The translations under genes and the position numbers were made by a program. The notes beneath the pieces were generated by a model. That model was given only the letters and a program-made list of their open reading frames with translations, ran no database searches and was not told where the DNA came from. 64,000 bases of DNA. Origin: an uncultured Actinomycetes bacterium. GTDB taxonomy: Bacteria > Actinomycetota > UBA4738 > HRBIN12. Positions within the stretch are counted from its first letter, which is position 1. Each line of letters begins with the position of its first letter. The stretch is taken from NCBI GenBank assembly GCA_963792215.1, contig CAWBVL010000007.1, positions 134,230 to 198,229 of the forward strand. The letters are read 5' to 3'. Positions 8,630 to 18,613 of this stretch are shown one piece after another.

Positions 8630-9703
8630 ATGGCCTATCGGATCCGAGGGACGGTGCTGCCGGACGGCGACGTCCGCGACGTCTTCGTCGACGGCGACCA
8701 GATCACGTTCAACGGTGTCGAGGATGCCAAGACGCTGCTCGAGGATTGCATCCTCGTCCCCGGGCTGGTCGATGTGCACGCTCACCTCACCATGTCGTTC
8801 CCCGAGCCGGTCGATGTTCCGCCTGCGGAACGTGCGGCGATCGCAGCCGGCGCTCACCTTGACGCCGGGGTCTTGCTGATCCGGGAGCCGGGAAGCCCGG
8901 AACTCGGCTCCCGTGACATCGGACCTGAGCAGGCGCTCCCCCGCGTCATCACATCCGGCCGGTTCCTCATCCCGCCCGGTCACGGGGTCCCCGGCCTCGA
9001 TCTCGAGGTGCCCATCGATCGCCTGCCAGACGAGGCCGAGCGCGAGTTCTATACCGGTGGCGGTTGGGTCAAGGTGATCGGCGACACCTTCGTGCCTGGG
9101 CCGGGCATCACCCCGACGTATCCGCTCGACGCCCTCCTCGCCACCGCCGGGCGGATCCATGCGCTCGGTGGGCGCGTAGCCATCCACGCGATGTCGGCGG
9201 AGGTCATCGCCGACGCGATCGAAGCCGGGTTCGATTCGATCGAACACGGGTCCTATATGGAGGAGAGTCAGTTGGCCCTGCTCGCCGAGCGAAACATCGC
9301 GTGGACCCCGACCCGCTCGATCGATCAGTTGATGCGCTCGATGGTCCGTCAGATGGGATGGCCGGCCGACGCGATCGCCGACCTCGACCGAGGGTTCGAC
9401 GGACAGCCGGCGATGATCGCGGCGGCCGCCGACGCCGGCGTCACGATCCTGGCTGGTACCGACGCCGGCGCGGTTCCCCACGGTCAGATCCGAGAGGAGA
9501 TCGCGCTCCTGCACGAGGCCGGGGTTCCGGCTGACGTCGCGCTGGGCGCGGGTTCATGGACGGCCCGTTCGTTCCTCGGGCTCCCGGGGATAGAAGAAGG
9601 AGCGCCGGCTGACCTCGTCGCCTATCGAGAGGACCCTCGAGCGGATCTTGGCGAGCTACACAAGCCCACGCTTCGGCTACTCGGCGGCAGGCTGATCGAC
9701 TAG
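8630..9703 (+). CDS. Amidohydrolase family protein
   Basis: PGLVDVHAH, AIHAM, SIEHG, AGTDAG and GAPADLV motifs. Confidence 0.88.
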   Translation: MAYRIRGTVLPDGDVRDVFVDGDQITFNGVEDAKTLLEDCILVPGLVDVHAHLTMSFPEPVDVPPAERAAIAAGAHLDAGVLLIREPGSPELGSRDIGPEQALPRVITSGRFLIPPGHGVPGLDLEVPIDRLPDEAEREFYTGGGWVKVIGDTFVPGPGITPTYPLDALLATAGRIHALGGRVAIHAMSAEVIADAIEAGFDSIEHGSYMEESQLALLAERNIAWTPTRSIDQLMRSMVRQMGWPADAIADLDRGFDGQPAMIAAAADAGVTILAGTDAGAVPHGQIREEIALLHEAGVPADVALGAGSWTARSFLGLPGIEEGAPADLVAYREDPRADLGELHKPTLRLLGGRLID

Positions 9704-9713
9704 GAGGAGAACG

Positions 9714-10064
9714 ATGATCGACGTTCGGTTCCGTGAGGTCGTGATCGACTGCGCAAACCCACCGTCGCTCGCGAAGTGGTGGGCCGACTTCACGGGCTAC
9801 GCGCCGCGCACGACGCACGCCGACTGGTCGACGATCGAGAGCGACGACGGCTCGATGATCATCGGCTTCCAGAAGGTGCCCGAAGGGAAGGTGGTCAAGA
9901 ACCGCGTGCACCTCGACTTCTGGGCCGCCGACGAAGAAGCAACTGCTCGCGAGATCGAGGCGATGGGCGCGACTCGACGATGGGTGAGCGAGAACCCGGA
10001 GGATCCGTTCATCGTGCTCGCCGACCCCGAGGGCAACGAGTTCTGTCTGATCCGCGGCGGGTGA
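9714..10064 (+). CDS. VOC/glyoxalase-like protein
   Basis: KNRVHLD and LADPEGNEFC motifs; RBS AGGAGG. Confidence 0.9.
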   Translation: MIDVRFREVVIDCANPPSLAKWWADFTGYAPRTTHADWSTIESDDGSMIIGFQKVPEGKVVKNRVHLDFWAADEEATAREIEAMGATRRWVSENPEDPFIVLADPEGNEFCLIRGG

Positions 10065-10068
10065 GCGC

Positions 10069-10797
10069 CTACTGCGTCGCCATCAACAGCCGCGTGCGCA
10101 TGAGCCGGTGCGCCTCCTGATCGCCGGACATCTCGACGCGATCGTCGGGCTCCCTGCCCCAGAGCCAGAGCAGAACATCCGACGGTGGGCCCAACAGGGT
10201 TGCATCGGCCGCTCCATCGCCGTCGGTCACCGTCATGGCCTCGCGGTCGAGCACCACCTGCCACATGCGACCGCCTGTTTCGACTGCGACCCGTTGACCC
10301 GTCATCGCGTCGTCTGCGTCGTCCGACCAATCGCCCGCCAGCATGATGTGCAAGATCTCATCGACGCCGTCGGTCGCGAGGGCGGCGTCCACCGGCGACG
10401 ACGCGCCGCGCGCGAGCTCGGCATCGACCCGATGCACCGCCGTCTCGTGCGCCATTCGCCGCGCCCAGAATCCAACGGTCTGGTCCGCCGGCCACCACGT
10501 CGCAGACGGCGACGAGGCGTCGTTGGTTTCGAACATCCCGAGGAGCCTTGCATGCGCGTCTCGGAACCACGGGACGGGATCGTCGGCCTGCGGCCACTCG
10601 GGCGGCCACGGGTCGGGGGCCTTCCCCAGTCGCGTGCACTCGATCTTGTGCTCGTACACCTGCGCGATGTGCACGACCAAGTCTCGGACACTCCATCCGG
10701 GACACGTCGGCACCGCCGCGTCGATGTTCCCGTCCGCCGCGTCGGCGAGCGTTCGCCCATCGGCTCGAACGTGGTCGACGAACCCCTCGTACTCCAT
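10069..10797 (-). CDS. Maleylpyruvate isomerase family (MDMPI) mycothiol-dependent enzyme
   Basis: VPTCPGWSVRDLVVH, RRMAHETAVHRVD and DGVDE motifs. Confidence 0.88.
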   Translation of the reverse strand: MEYEGFVDHVRADGRTLADAADGNIDAAVPTCPGWSVRDLVVHIAQVYEHKIECTRLGKAPDPWPPEWPQADDPVPWFRDAHARLLGMFETNDASSPSATWWPADQTVGFWARRMAHETAVHRVDAELARGASSPVDAALATDGVDEILHIMLAGDWSDDADDAMTGQRVAVETGGRMWQVVLDREAMTVTDGDGAADATLLGPPSDVLLWLWGREPDDRVEMSGDQEAHRLMRTRLLMATQ

Positions 10798-10850
10798 TTA
10801 CCCACCCTAGCCCGGGGTCGCTCGAAGGGCGGCGACGCTATCCTGCGCCC

Positions 10851-11342
10851 ATGGCCGCCCAATCGAGCTTCGACATCGTCTCCGAGATCGACATGCAGGA
10901 GGTCCGCAACGCCGTCGACCAGGCCGGCCGCGAGCTTCACCAGCGCTTCGACTTCAAGAACACGAACACCTCGCTCGAGCTCAAGGACGAGTCGATCGAG
11001 ATGGCCTCGGGCACTGAGGACCGCCTCAAGGCCGCCTACCAAGTGCTCGAGGAGAAGGCGGTCCGCCGGCAGGTCCCGCTCAAGGCGTTCCAGCCAGGCG
11101 CCGTCGAGCCGGCCGCCAAGGGCTCGGTCCGACAGACGGTGAAGCTCGTCACCGGCATCTCCGACGAGAAGGCCAGGGAGATCTCGAAGTTCGTCCGCCA
11201 GTCCGTGCCCAAGGTCCAGACCCAGATCCAGGGTGGGCAGGTCCGCGTGACGAGCAAGTCCAAGAACGACCTCCAGGCTGCGATCGCCGCCTGCAAGGAC
11301 CACGACTTCGGCATCGCTCTGCAGTTCACGAACTACCGCTGA
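10851..11342 (+). CDS. yajQ: YajQ family nucleotide-binding protein
   Basis: SFDIVSEIDMQEVRNAVDQA...RFDFK...QIQG...LQFTNYR. Confidence 0.93.
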   Translation: MAAQSSFDIVSEIDMQEVRNAVDQAGRELHQRFDFKNTNTSLELKDESIEMASGTEDRLKAAYQVLEEKAVRRQVPLKAFQPGAVEPAAKGSVRQTVKLVTGISDEKAREISKFVRQSVPKVQTQIQGGQVRVTSKSKNDLQAAIAACKDHDFGIALQFTNYR

Positions 11343-11420
11343 TAGGCCTACGTCACCTTCCGTTGCGCGGGGAGCGACCCCGACCTACACTCGAGGCCTC
11401 CCGAGGGGGTGCGTCTACAG

Positions 11421-11714
11421 ATGCCCAAGTACGTGATCAATCGCCGGTTCGAGGTCGGCGAGGATGAGATGCCCGAGGTCGGCCGCCGATCCCGCCAGAT
11501 CATCGAGGAAGAATTCCCGAACGTCGTCTGGATCCACAGCCACGTCACCGTCGAGGACGACGGGCGTGTCCGGACCTTCTGCCTCTATGAGGCGCCCGAT
11601 ATGGACGCGATCCAGGCCCACTCCGAGCTGCTCGGCCAGCACACGATCGACGGAGTATTCGAGGTTGCGGGCGACGTGACGCCGGCGGACTTCCCGCCGA
11701 TCCCCGAAGCCTGA
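11421..11714 (+). CDS. DUF4242 domain protein
   Basis: MPKYVINR, WIHSHV and TFCLYEAP motifs. Confidence 0.8.
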   Translation: MPKYVINRRFEVGEDEMPEVGRRSRQIIEEEFPNVVWIHSHVTVEDDGRVRTFCLYEAPDMDAIQAHSELLGQHTIDGVFEVAGDVTPADFPPIPEA

Positions 11715-11717
11715 GTC

Positions 11718-13826
11718 TCAGTCCTCTGCGGCGGGCTGCTGGCGCCCTCGGTCCCGCTCGACGTCACGGATGTGGAACGCCGCCACCGTGGCGACCGCCT
11801 GTTTCTTGACGAGCTCTTTCTTGAGCTGCGGGTCGTCCTCGGGGACAAGCTCGAGCGCCTGCGTGTAGAGGGCCGCTGCCCGCGCCTTCGCCCAGCCCCG
11901 GCCGGCAACCTCTGCCGCCGCCATCAGGTACCGGATCGCGTTGGCGTTGTCGCCGCCCTCGCGCCAGTGGTAGGCGAGCGTGGCGTCGGCGTCTCCCGGC
12001 GGCAGCTGCACCTCCTCGAGGTACTTGGCGGTGATCTCGTGACAGCGCCGGCGCTCCTCACGCGGCAGGGTTAGGTACGCGACCTCGCGGATCAGCCCGT
12101 GCTTGAACGTGAACTGCTGGTCGCCCTTGATCAGTGACGAGCCCTCGCGTCGGATGAAGTCGCGCCGTTCGAGCGAGCTGAGCAACGTAGGAAGGTCTTG
12201 ATCGCGGTCCTCCCGCAGCTGTTCTAGCAACCCGCGCCAGAACACCTTGCCGACGACTGAGGCATCGAGCACGACGGTGCGCTCCGGCGCCGGGAGCGCG
12301 TCCAAGCGCGCAGCAACGATGCCACGGATGGACCCCGGGAGCTGCTTCGCGTCTCGCGTCGACCGCTCCGCGAGCGACGCAGTGAGCTCCTCGATGAACA
12401 GCGGGTTGCCGTCGCTCGAGCTCGCGAGCGATTCCGCGCGATCCTTCAGGTCGTCGAGGCCACGTTGTTCGAAGAGCTTGCCCGTCAATTCGACCGCGTC
12501 CTCGTCGTTCAGCGGCCCGAGCGAGATCGTGCTCGAGGCGAGAAGCCCACCGCCCCACGACGGCCGAGACGTGAGCAACTCCGGACGCGAGGTCGCAACC
12601 AAGAGCAGCGGCACGTCCTGCACCCGCGACGCGAGGAACTCGACCAGGTCGAGCAAGCTGGGATCGGAGAAGTGGATGTCCTCGAACGCGAGCAGCGTCG
12701 GCTGCTGCCGCGCGACCGCTTCCACGAACAGCCGCGCGGAGAAGTAGAGGCCGTCGCGATCGAGATCTCCACCTTCGACCGGTAACCCGGCCAGGACCGC
12801 GACGGCGTCTGCGACCTCGTTCGGATCATCGGCAACCGCCAACGCCGCGGCCTTCGCTCGCAGCTTCTCGAGCGCCGCCGTTGGATCATCGCCGTCGAAT
12901 CCGCAGATCTGCGCCACATGTTGCGCGAACGCGCTGTACGGACCCGCATCGCCGTACCCAGCGGACCGACCGCGGATCGCGAGCCCGCCCGAGTCCGTCG
13001 CCCGGTGCGCGAGCTCATGGGCGAGGCGCGACTTCCCGATCCCCGCGGGACCGAACACGGTCACCAACGAGCACCGGTTCTCCGACGACACCATGTCCCA
13101 GAGGCTCCGGAGGTTCGCGAGCTCATCGCCGCGACCGACGAGCGGCGCCTCCGAGAACACGCGCTCCCCTGCCTCGACGAGCGGCGCGACGGCGACCCAG
13201 GCCTGAACCGGGTCGGTCTTGCCCTTGGCGGTGATCGGCTCGATCGGCCGGTATTCGATCACCGTGCGCGTCGACGCGTATGTCTCCTCGCCGACGACGA
13301 CCTCGTTGACCGGCGCGTTGCTTTGGAGCCGGGCGGCGGTGTTGACCACGTCGCCCGCGACCATCGCCACCCCCGCCTCGGGCCGCGCGCTCAACTCCAC
13401 GATCGCCTCGCCCGTATTCACCCCGGCACGTACCTGAAGGACCAGTAGCGGGTCGGCCTGATCCATCTCGGCGATCGAGTCGCGCACCGCCATCGCGGCC
13501 CGCACCGCCCGCTCCGGATCGTCGCCGTACGCCACGGGCGCGCCGAACACCGCCATCACCGCGTCGCCGATGAACTTCTCCACCCGGCCGCCGAACCGCT
13601 CGATCTCCGCTCGCGCCCGCTCGTAGTACACGGTCAGGAACGACCGGACGTCCTCGGGGTCGAGCTGCTCGGACTTCGAGGTGAACCCGACCAGATCGAC
13701 GAACAGGACCGAGACCACGCGGCGTTCCTGGCGGGTCCCGGACGGAGCCTCGAGCGGGGTCCCGCACGCCTGGCAGAACCGGGCCTTCTCGCTGTTCTCC
13801 TCACCGCAGGCCGCACACCGGATCAT
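11718..13826 (-). CDS. Zinc-ribbon / class III adenylate-guanylate cyclase / AAA+ (STAND-like) protein
   Basis: CAAC...CQACG; FVDLVGFT, KFIGDA, GDVVNTAARLQ; Walker A GPAGIGKS; FEDIH; GNPLFIEEL. Confidence 0.9.
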   Translation of the reverse strand: MIRCAACGEENSEKARFCQACGTPLEAPSGTRQERRVVSVLFVDLVGFTSKSEQLDPEDVRSFLTVYYERARAEIERFGGRVEKFIGDAVMAVFGAPVAYGDDPERAVRAAMAVRDSIAEMDQADPLLVLQVRAGVNTGEAIVELSARPEAGVAMVAGDVVNTAARLQSNAPVNEVVVGEETYASTRTVIEYRPIEPITAKGKTDPVQAWVAVAPLVEAGERVFSEAPLVGRGDELANLRSLWDMVSSENRCSLVTVFGPAGIGKSRLAHELAHRATDSGGLAIRGRSAGYGDAGPYSAFAQHVAQICGFDGDDPTAALEKLRAKAAALAVADDPNEVADAVAVLAGLPVEGGDLDRDGLYFSARLFVEAVARQQPTLLAFEDIHFSDPSLLDLVEFLASRVQDVPLLLVATSRPELLTSRPSWGGGLLASSTISLGPLNDEDAVELTGKLFEQRGLDDLKDRAESLASSSDGNPLFIEELTASLAERSTRDAKQLPGSIRGIVAARLDALPAPERTVVLDASVVGKVFWRGLLEQLREDRDQDLPTLLSSLERRDFIRREGSSLIKGDQQFTFKHGLIREVAYLTLPREERRRCHEITAKYLEEVQLPPGDADATLAYHWREGGDNANAIRYLMAAAEVAGRGWAKARAAALYTQALELVPEDDPQLKKELVKKQAVATVAAFHIRDVERDRGRQQPAAED

Positions 13827-13902
13827 CCGGTGCAGCGTAGCGTCAGATTGCCTGCGCAGGACCCTCACGGGTAGGCTTTCCGCTCTTCAGGAGGTGATAG
13901 GC

Positions 13903-15289
13903 GTGGACCTTGAACGTCTCAAGGCACGTGCGGCGGAGATCGCCGAAACGGAAACCAAGACCCTGCTTTCGAACACGAAGGCATCGGAGCAGCTGCATGC
14001 CCGTGCGGTGAAGAGCCTGCCCGGAGGTGTCTCCTCGAACTTCCAGGTCGGCGACCCGTACCCGATCTATCTGGAGCGGGGCAAGGGATCGAGGGTCTTC
14101 GACGTCGACGGCACCCAGTACACGGACTTCCACGGCGGCTTCGGGGTCAATGTCGTCGGCCACGCCCACCCCAAGATCGTGGAGGCGCTGACCAAGGCCG
14201 CGCAGAACGCGATCCACTTCGCGGTCACCACGCCGGACACCATCGCGCTGGCTGAAGCGATCTGCGAGCGCTTCCAGCTCGAGCAGATGCGGTTCGTGAA
14301 CTCCGGCACCGAGGCGACGATGGACGCGATCCGCGTGGCTCGCGCCGCGACCGGCCGCGACAAGATCATCAAGATGGAGGGCTCGTACCACGGCCACCAC
14401 GACTCGGTGCTGTTCTCGGTGGTGCCCGAGGCCGACGTGCTCGACATGCGGTTCCACACCGGCGGCACCGGCGACCAGAAGTGGTACTCGACCGAGCCGA
14501 CCTCGAAAGGCGTGCCGCAAGCGTTGTGGGACACGGTGATCGTCGTCCCGTTCAACGACGCCGAGGCCGCGGAAGAGGCGCTCGCCGACAACGAGGGTCA
14601 GGTCGCCGCGGTGATCCTCGAGCCGGTGATGATGAACATCGGCATCGTCGAGCCGGCGCCCGGCTACCTGCAGGCGCTCCGCGACGCGTGCGAGCGGCAC
14701 GGCGACCGTGCTGATCTACGACGAGGTCAAGTGCGGCGGCACGATCGCGTACGGCGGCACCATCGAGCGCTACGGCGTGAAGCCGCACCTCGCGGCGTTC
14801 GCCAAGGCGATCGGCGGCGGCTCGACCATCGGCGCGTTCGGCGGCGAGGCCCGGATCATGGAATGGGTCGGCAAGGGCGCCGCGCAGCAGGGCACCTTCA
14901 ACGGGAACCCGCTGTCGAGCGCCGCGGGGCTGGCCGCGCTCACGCAGGTTCTGACGAAGGACGCCTACGCCAATCTCGGCAAGATGGGCACCATGCTCGC
15001 CGAAGGCTGCGATCGCGCGATCTCCGAGACGGGTATCCCGGCGCACACGGTCGACCTCGGCGCGAAAGGATGCGTGTCCTATCGGTCAACTAAGTTGACC
15101 AACTACCGGGACTTCCTGGAGACCGTGACCGACCTCTATTGGGCCTCGTACCCCTGGATGGTCAACCGCGGGATCTTCATGACGCCCGGCGACGAGGAGC
15201 AGTGGACGATCTCGGTGCAGCACACCGAGGACGACATCCAGCAGTACATCGAGGCGTTCGGCTCGTACTGCCAGGAGCTGGCCTCCTGA
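13903..15289 (+). CDS. Class III PLP aminotransferase (glutamate-1-semialdehyde aminomutase-like), apparent frameshift near 14704
   Basis: FVNSGTEATM, GSYHG, ILEP in ORF 13681..15093; continues as VLIYDEVK...AKAIGGG...GTFNGNP in ORF 14708..15289. Confidence 0.82.
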
Positions 15290-15321
15290 GCTGGTAGCGG
15301 AACGGGGTAGCGACCGAACAA

Positions 15322-15352
15322 GCGGGGGCCGGCCTTCGGGCCGGCCCTTCGC
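15322..15352 (+). terminator. GC-rich hairpin with TTCG loop
   Basis: gcgggggccggcc-ttcg-ggccggcccttcgc, downstream of the aminotransferase stop. Confidence 0.65.
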
Positions 15353-15369
15353 GTTGAAGGGGGATCGCG

Positions 15370-16718
15370 ATGCACGGGTTCGACGAGAACACCGAGGACC
15401 TGGCGAAAGCCTTGATGGCCTACGCGAGTCAGCGCATCGCGAACCCGGTACCGCTCGACGGACCGGCGGCTGCATCGGAGCTGGAGAGGCGGGCCGGTCA
15501 GACGATCACCCCCGACGGCATCGGTGGCGCGGAAGCCCTCCGCGTGTGGGCCGAGGTGCTCGCGCCGGCGACGATCTCGACCGACCACCCGGCGTTCCTT
15601 GCGTTCGTGCCGGGCGCGCCGACCAAGGCCAGCGTGCTGTTCGACCTCGTGATCAGCGCGTCCTCGACATACGGCGGCGAGCTGGCTCGAGGGCGGCGGC
15701 GCGGTCTGGGCTGAGAACCAGGCGCTGCGCTGGATCGCCGATCTGGCCGGGCTCCCCGAGGGACGCCGGCGGCGTGTTCGTGTCCGGCGGGACGGCGGGG
15801 AACCTGTCGGCGCTGGTGGCGGCCAGGCACGCGGCTGGGGTCGCGCGAGGCGAACGGCCGGCGCGATGGGCGATCGCGTGCGGAGACTCCGCGCATTCCT
15901 CCGTGTTGTCGGCGGCCCGGGTGATGGATGTGGACGTGCTTGCGGTGCCGAGCGACGAGGCGGGTCGGCTCAACGGGGCGGCGCTGCGGGAAGCGCTCGA
16001 CCATGACCCGCCCGACGGACTGTTCGCGGTCGTTGCCAGCGCGGGCTCGACCAACGCTGGGGTCATCGACGATCTCGCAAGTGTCGCCGAGGTCTGCCGT
16101 GATCGCGGCATCTGGATGCACGTCGACGGCGCGTACGGCGGCGCCGCCTTGCTTGCGCCTTCGATCCGCGATCGCTTCGTGGGCGTCGAACATGCGGACT
16201 CCTTCATCGTTGATCCGCACAAGTGGCTGTTCGCACCGTTCGACGCGTGTGCGCTCCTCTACCGTGATCCAGCGATGGCGAGGACCGCGCACGTGCAGCA
16301 CGCCTCGTACCTCGACTCACTGAACGCGACCGCCGAGTGGAACGCGAGCGACTACGCGCACCACCTGACGCGTCGCGCCCGCGGACTGCCGCTCTGGTTC
16401 TCACTCGCGACCTACGGCACCGACGCGTATCGCGACGCCGTCGAGACGGTCCTGGACATCGCCCGGAAGGCCGCCGACGAGATCCGCAGGCGGCCGGAGC
16501 TCGAGCTGCTCCTCGAGCCCGAGCTCTCAGTGGTGCTCTTCCGCCGGACCGGCTGGGGGCCCGACGACTACGAAACGTGGTGGCGTCGTCTGCTCGACGC
16601 CCAGATCGCGTTCGTCCAGCCGACGTCATGGCAGGGCGAGAAGGTCGCGCGCCTGTGCTTCGTCAACCCGAGGACCACCCTGGACCATGTCCGGGCGATC
16701 CTCGGGACGATGACCTGA
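15370..16718 (+). CDS. Group II PLP-dependent decarboxylase, two apparent frameshifts near 15680 and 15760
   Basis: N-terminus in ORF 15370..15714; bridge WLEGGGAVWAENQALRWIADLAGLP in a third frame; then GVFVSGGT, HVDGAYGG and DPHKW (PLP lysine). Confidence 0.82.
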
Positions 16719-16763
16719 CGCGCTACGGCAAGGTCACTTTGACCACGTCCGCTCCCGCCTTGA

Positions 16764-17117
16764 TCAGCTACGGTGGCGGTTCCGGACGACGGTGATCGCG
16801 AGCAGCAGCGCTGCGGCCGCGATCAGCTGGCCGCCCATGATGATCCGGTTGACGTCGATCGCCGGCCGCCAGTCGACATCGTCGCCGTGGATCACGAAGG
16901 CGCCTGCGGGCCTGGCGTTCACGCCGAATCCGCCGCCGGTACCGGCGCCCTGCCCCTCCGGGCCCTCGCCCCCACCGCCGCCTGCGCCGCCCTGCACCCG
17001 CGCGGCCGGGATGACGGTGACCCCGTTCTTCTCGTACGGATCGCCGAAGACGCGGCGCACTGTCATCGTGTCGCGCGCCTGCTCGATCATCCGTTGCACA
17101 CCCGATGGGTCCTGCAT
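16764..17117 (-). CDS. YtfJ/GerW family protein
   Basis: VFGDPYEKNGVTVIPAARV, Gly-rich loop, PAGAFVI, WRPAIDVNR and a C-terminal TM helix. Confidence 0.8.
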   Translation of the reverse strand: MQDPSGVQRMIEQARDTMTVRRVFGDPYEKNGVTVIPAARVQGGAGGGGGEGPEGQGAGTGGGFGVNARPAGAFVIHGDDVDWRPAIDVNRIIMGGQLIAAAALLLAITVVRNRHRS

Positions 17118-17237
17118 GCCGGACCTCCCCTCCCAGAGATGTCCTCCCATCCGACCACATCCTGTGCTCAGCGTGAAGGCCCACATCGGCCAGGCCATGC
17201 GGTTGCCCTCGATCGCCTTGCCGAGGAAGATGCGCGG

Positions 17238-18596
17238 ATGCAGCACCCGAAGACCCAGTACGCGCGAAGCGCAGACGGGACGTATATCGCATTCCAGGCA
17301 TTCGGCGAGGGTCCCGACCTGTTGGTGACCTCAGCATGGATATCCCACCTCGAGCTGGCATGGGAGGATCCCGACCTCTCTAAGTGGTTCGCCGGTCTCG
17401 CAGGCTTCGCTCGAGTCATCAGCATGGACCAGCGCGGAGTTGGGCTGTCCGATCGCATGACGCAGGAGATCGATCTCGAGACGCGCGTAGACGACGTCCG
17501 CGCCGTCTTGGACGCAGTGGGGAGCGAACGGCCCGTGTTGTACGGACACGGGCTGGACGGGGGCGCCATCTGTGCGATGTTCGCCGCAACGTTCCCGGAG
17601 CGGACGGCCGGGCTGTTGCTGTGGACCGGGCAGTCATGCGGACATCGCGACGAGGCATACCCGTGGGGAGCGTCCGATGACGAGATCACCGAGTTCCTCC
17701 AGCTGATCGCCGACAGTTGGGGCGACGAGGATACGGCCGGACCATTGATGGCAGGTGCCGGCATCCCATCGTTGGCCGATGACCCCGCCGCGCGAGGTCG
17801 GTGGGCTCGGCTGATGCGCTACTCCGCGAGCCGAGGCGACGCGCTGGTGCACGAGCGGATGTTCGATCAGATCGACTACCGAAGCATCCTGCCGACGATC
17901 CATGTTCCGACCACGATCTTGCAACCCGAGGACGAGGCGATGCCTGAAGCCGAATGGATGGGATCGCAGATCCCGGGAGCGACGATCGTCCGGCTGCCCG
18001 AGTCACCGGACTTCCCACCCGAGGTCAGCCACCCCGCGGAGAACCTGGAGGCGGCTCGAACCTTCGTCGCGGACCTCCGACTCCAAGAGGACGAATTGGA
18101 CCGCGTCCTCGCCACGGTCTTGTTCACCGACATCGTCGACTCCACGGCGACCGCCGCGGCTATGGGCGACCGGGCATGGCGAGACGTCGTCGAGAAGCAT
18201 CACGCCCTCGTGCGTGGCTCACTCGCGCACTTCCGTGGGGTCGAAGTGGACACAGCCGGCGACGGGTTCTTCGCGACCTTCGAAGGGCCGGCGCGCGCGG
18301 TTCGATGTGCCGAACGGATCCTCGATGGCGTTCGCACGCTCGGCATCGAGGTCAGGGCGGGCGTCCACACCGGCGAGTGTCAGACCATCGACGGCAAGGT
18401 CGGCGGACTCGGCGTCCTGATCGGCGCCCGGATCGGAGCGCTCGCCGACGGAGGTCAGATCCTCGTGTCGCAGACGGTCAAAGATCTCACGGCTGGTTCT
18501 GGGATTCGGTTCGTCGAGGTCGGCGAATACGAGTTGAAGGGGGTTCCCGAGCGGTGGCGGATCTACACCACCGCCACCAGTGCTGGCCAAGCGTGA
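17238..18596 (+). CDS. Alpha/beta-hydrolase-fold plus class III cyclase fusion (LipJ-like)
   Basis: TQYARSADGTYIAF, DQRGVGLSDR; VLFTDIVDST, TAGDGF, RAGVHTGE, LKGVP. Confidence 0.88.
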   Translation: MQHPKTQYARSADGTYIAFQAFGEGPDLLVTSAWISHLELAWEDPDLSKWFAGLAGFARVISMDQRGVGLSDRMTQEIDLETRVDDVRAVLDAVGSERPVLYGHGLDGGAICAMFAATFPERTAGLLLWTGQSCGHRDEAYPWGASDDEITEFLQLIADSWGDEDTAGPLMAGAGIPSLADDPAARGRWARLMRYSASRGDALVHERMFDQIDYRSILPTIHVPTTILQPEDEAMPEAEWMGSQIPGATIVRLPESPDFPPEVSHPAENLEAARTFVADLRLQEDELDRVLATVLFTDIVDSTATAAAMGDRAWRDVVEKHHALVRGSLAHFRGVEVDTAGDGFFATFEGPARAVRCAERILDGVRTLGIEVRAGVHTGECQTIDGKVGGLGVLIGARIGALADGGQILVSQTVKDLTAGSGIRFVEVGEYELKGVPERWRIYTTATSAGQA

Positions 18597-18613
18597 TCCC
18601 GATCCGAAGGAAG

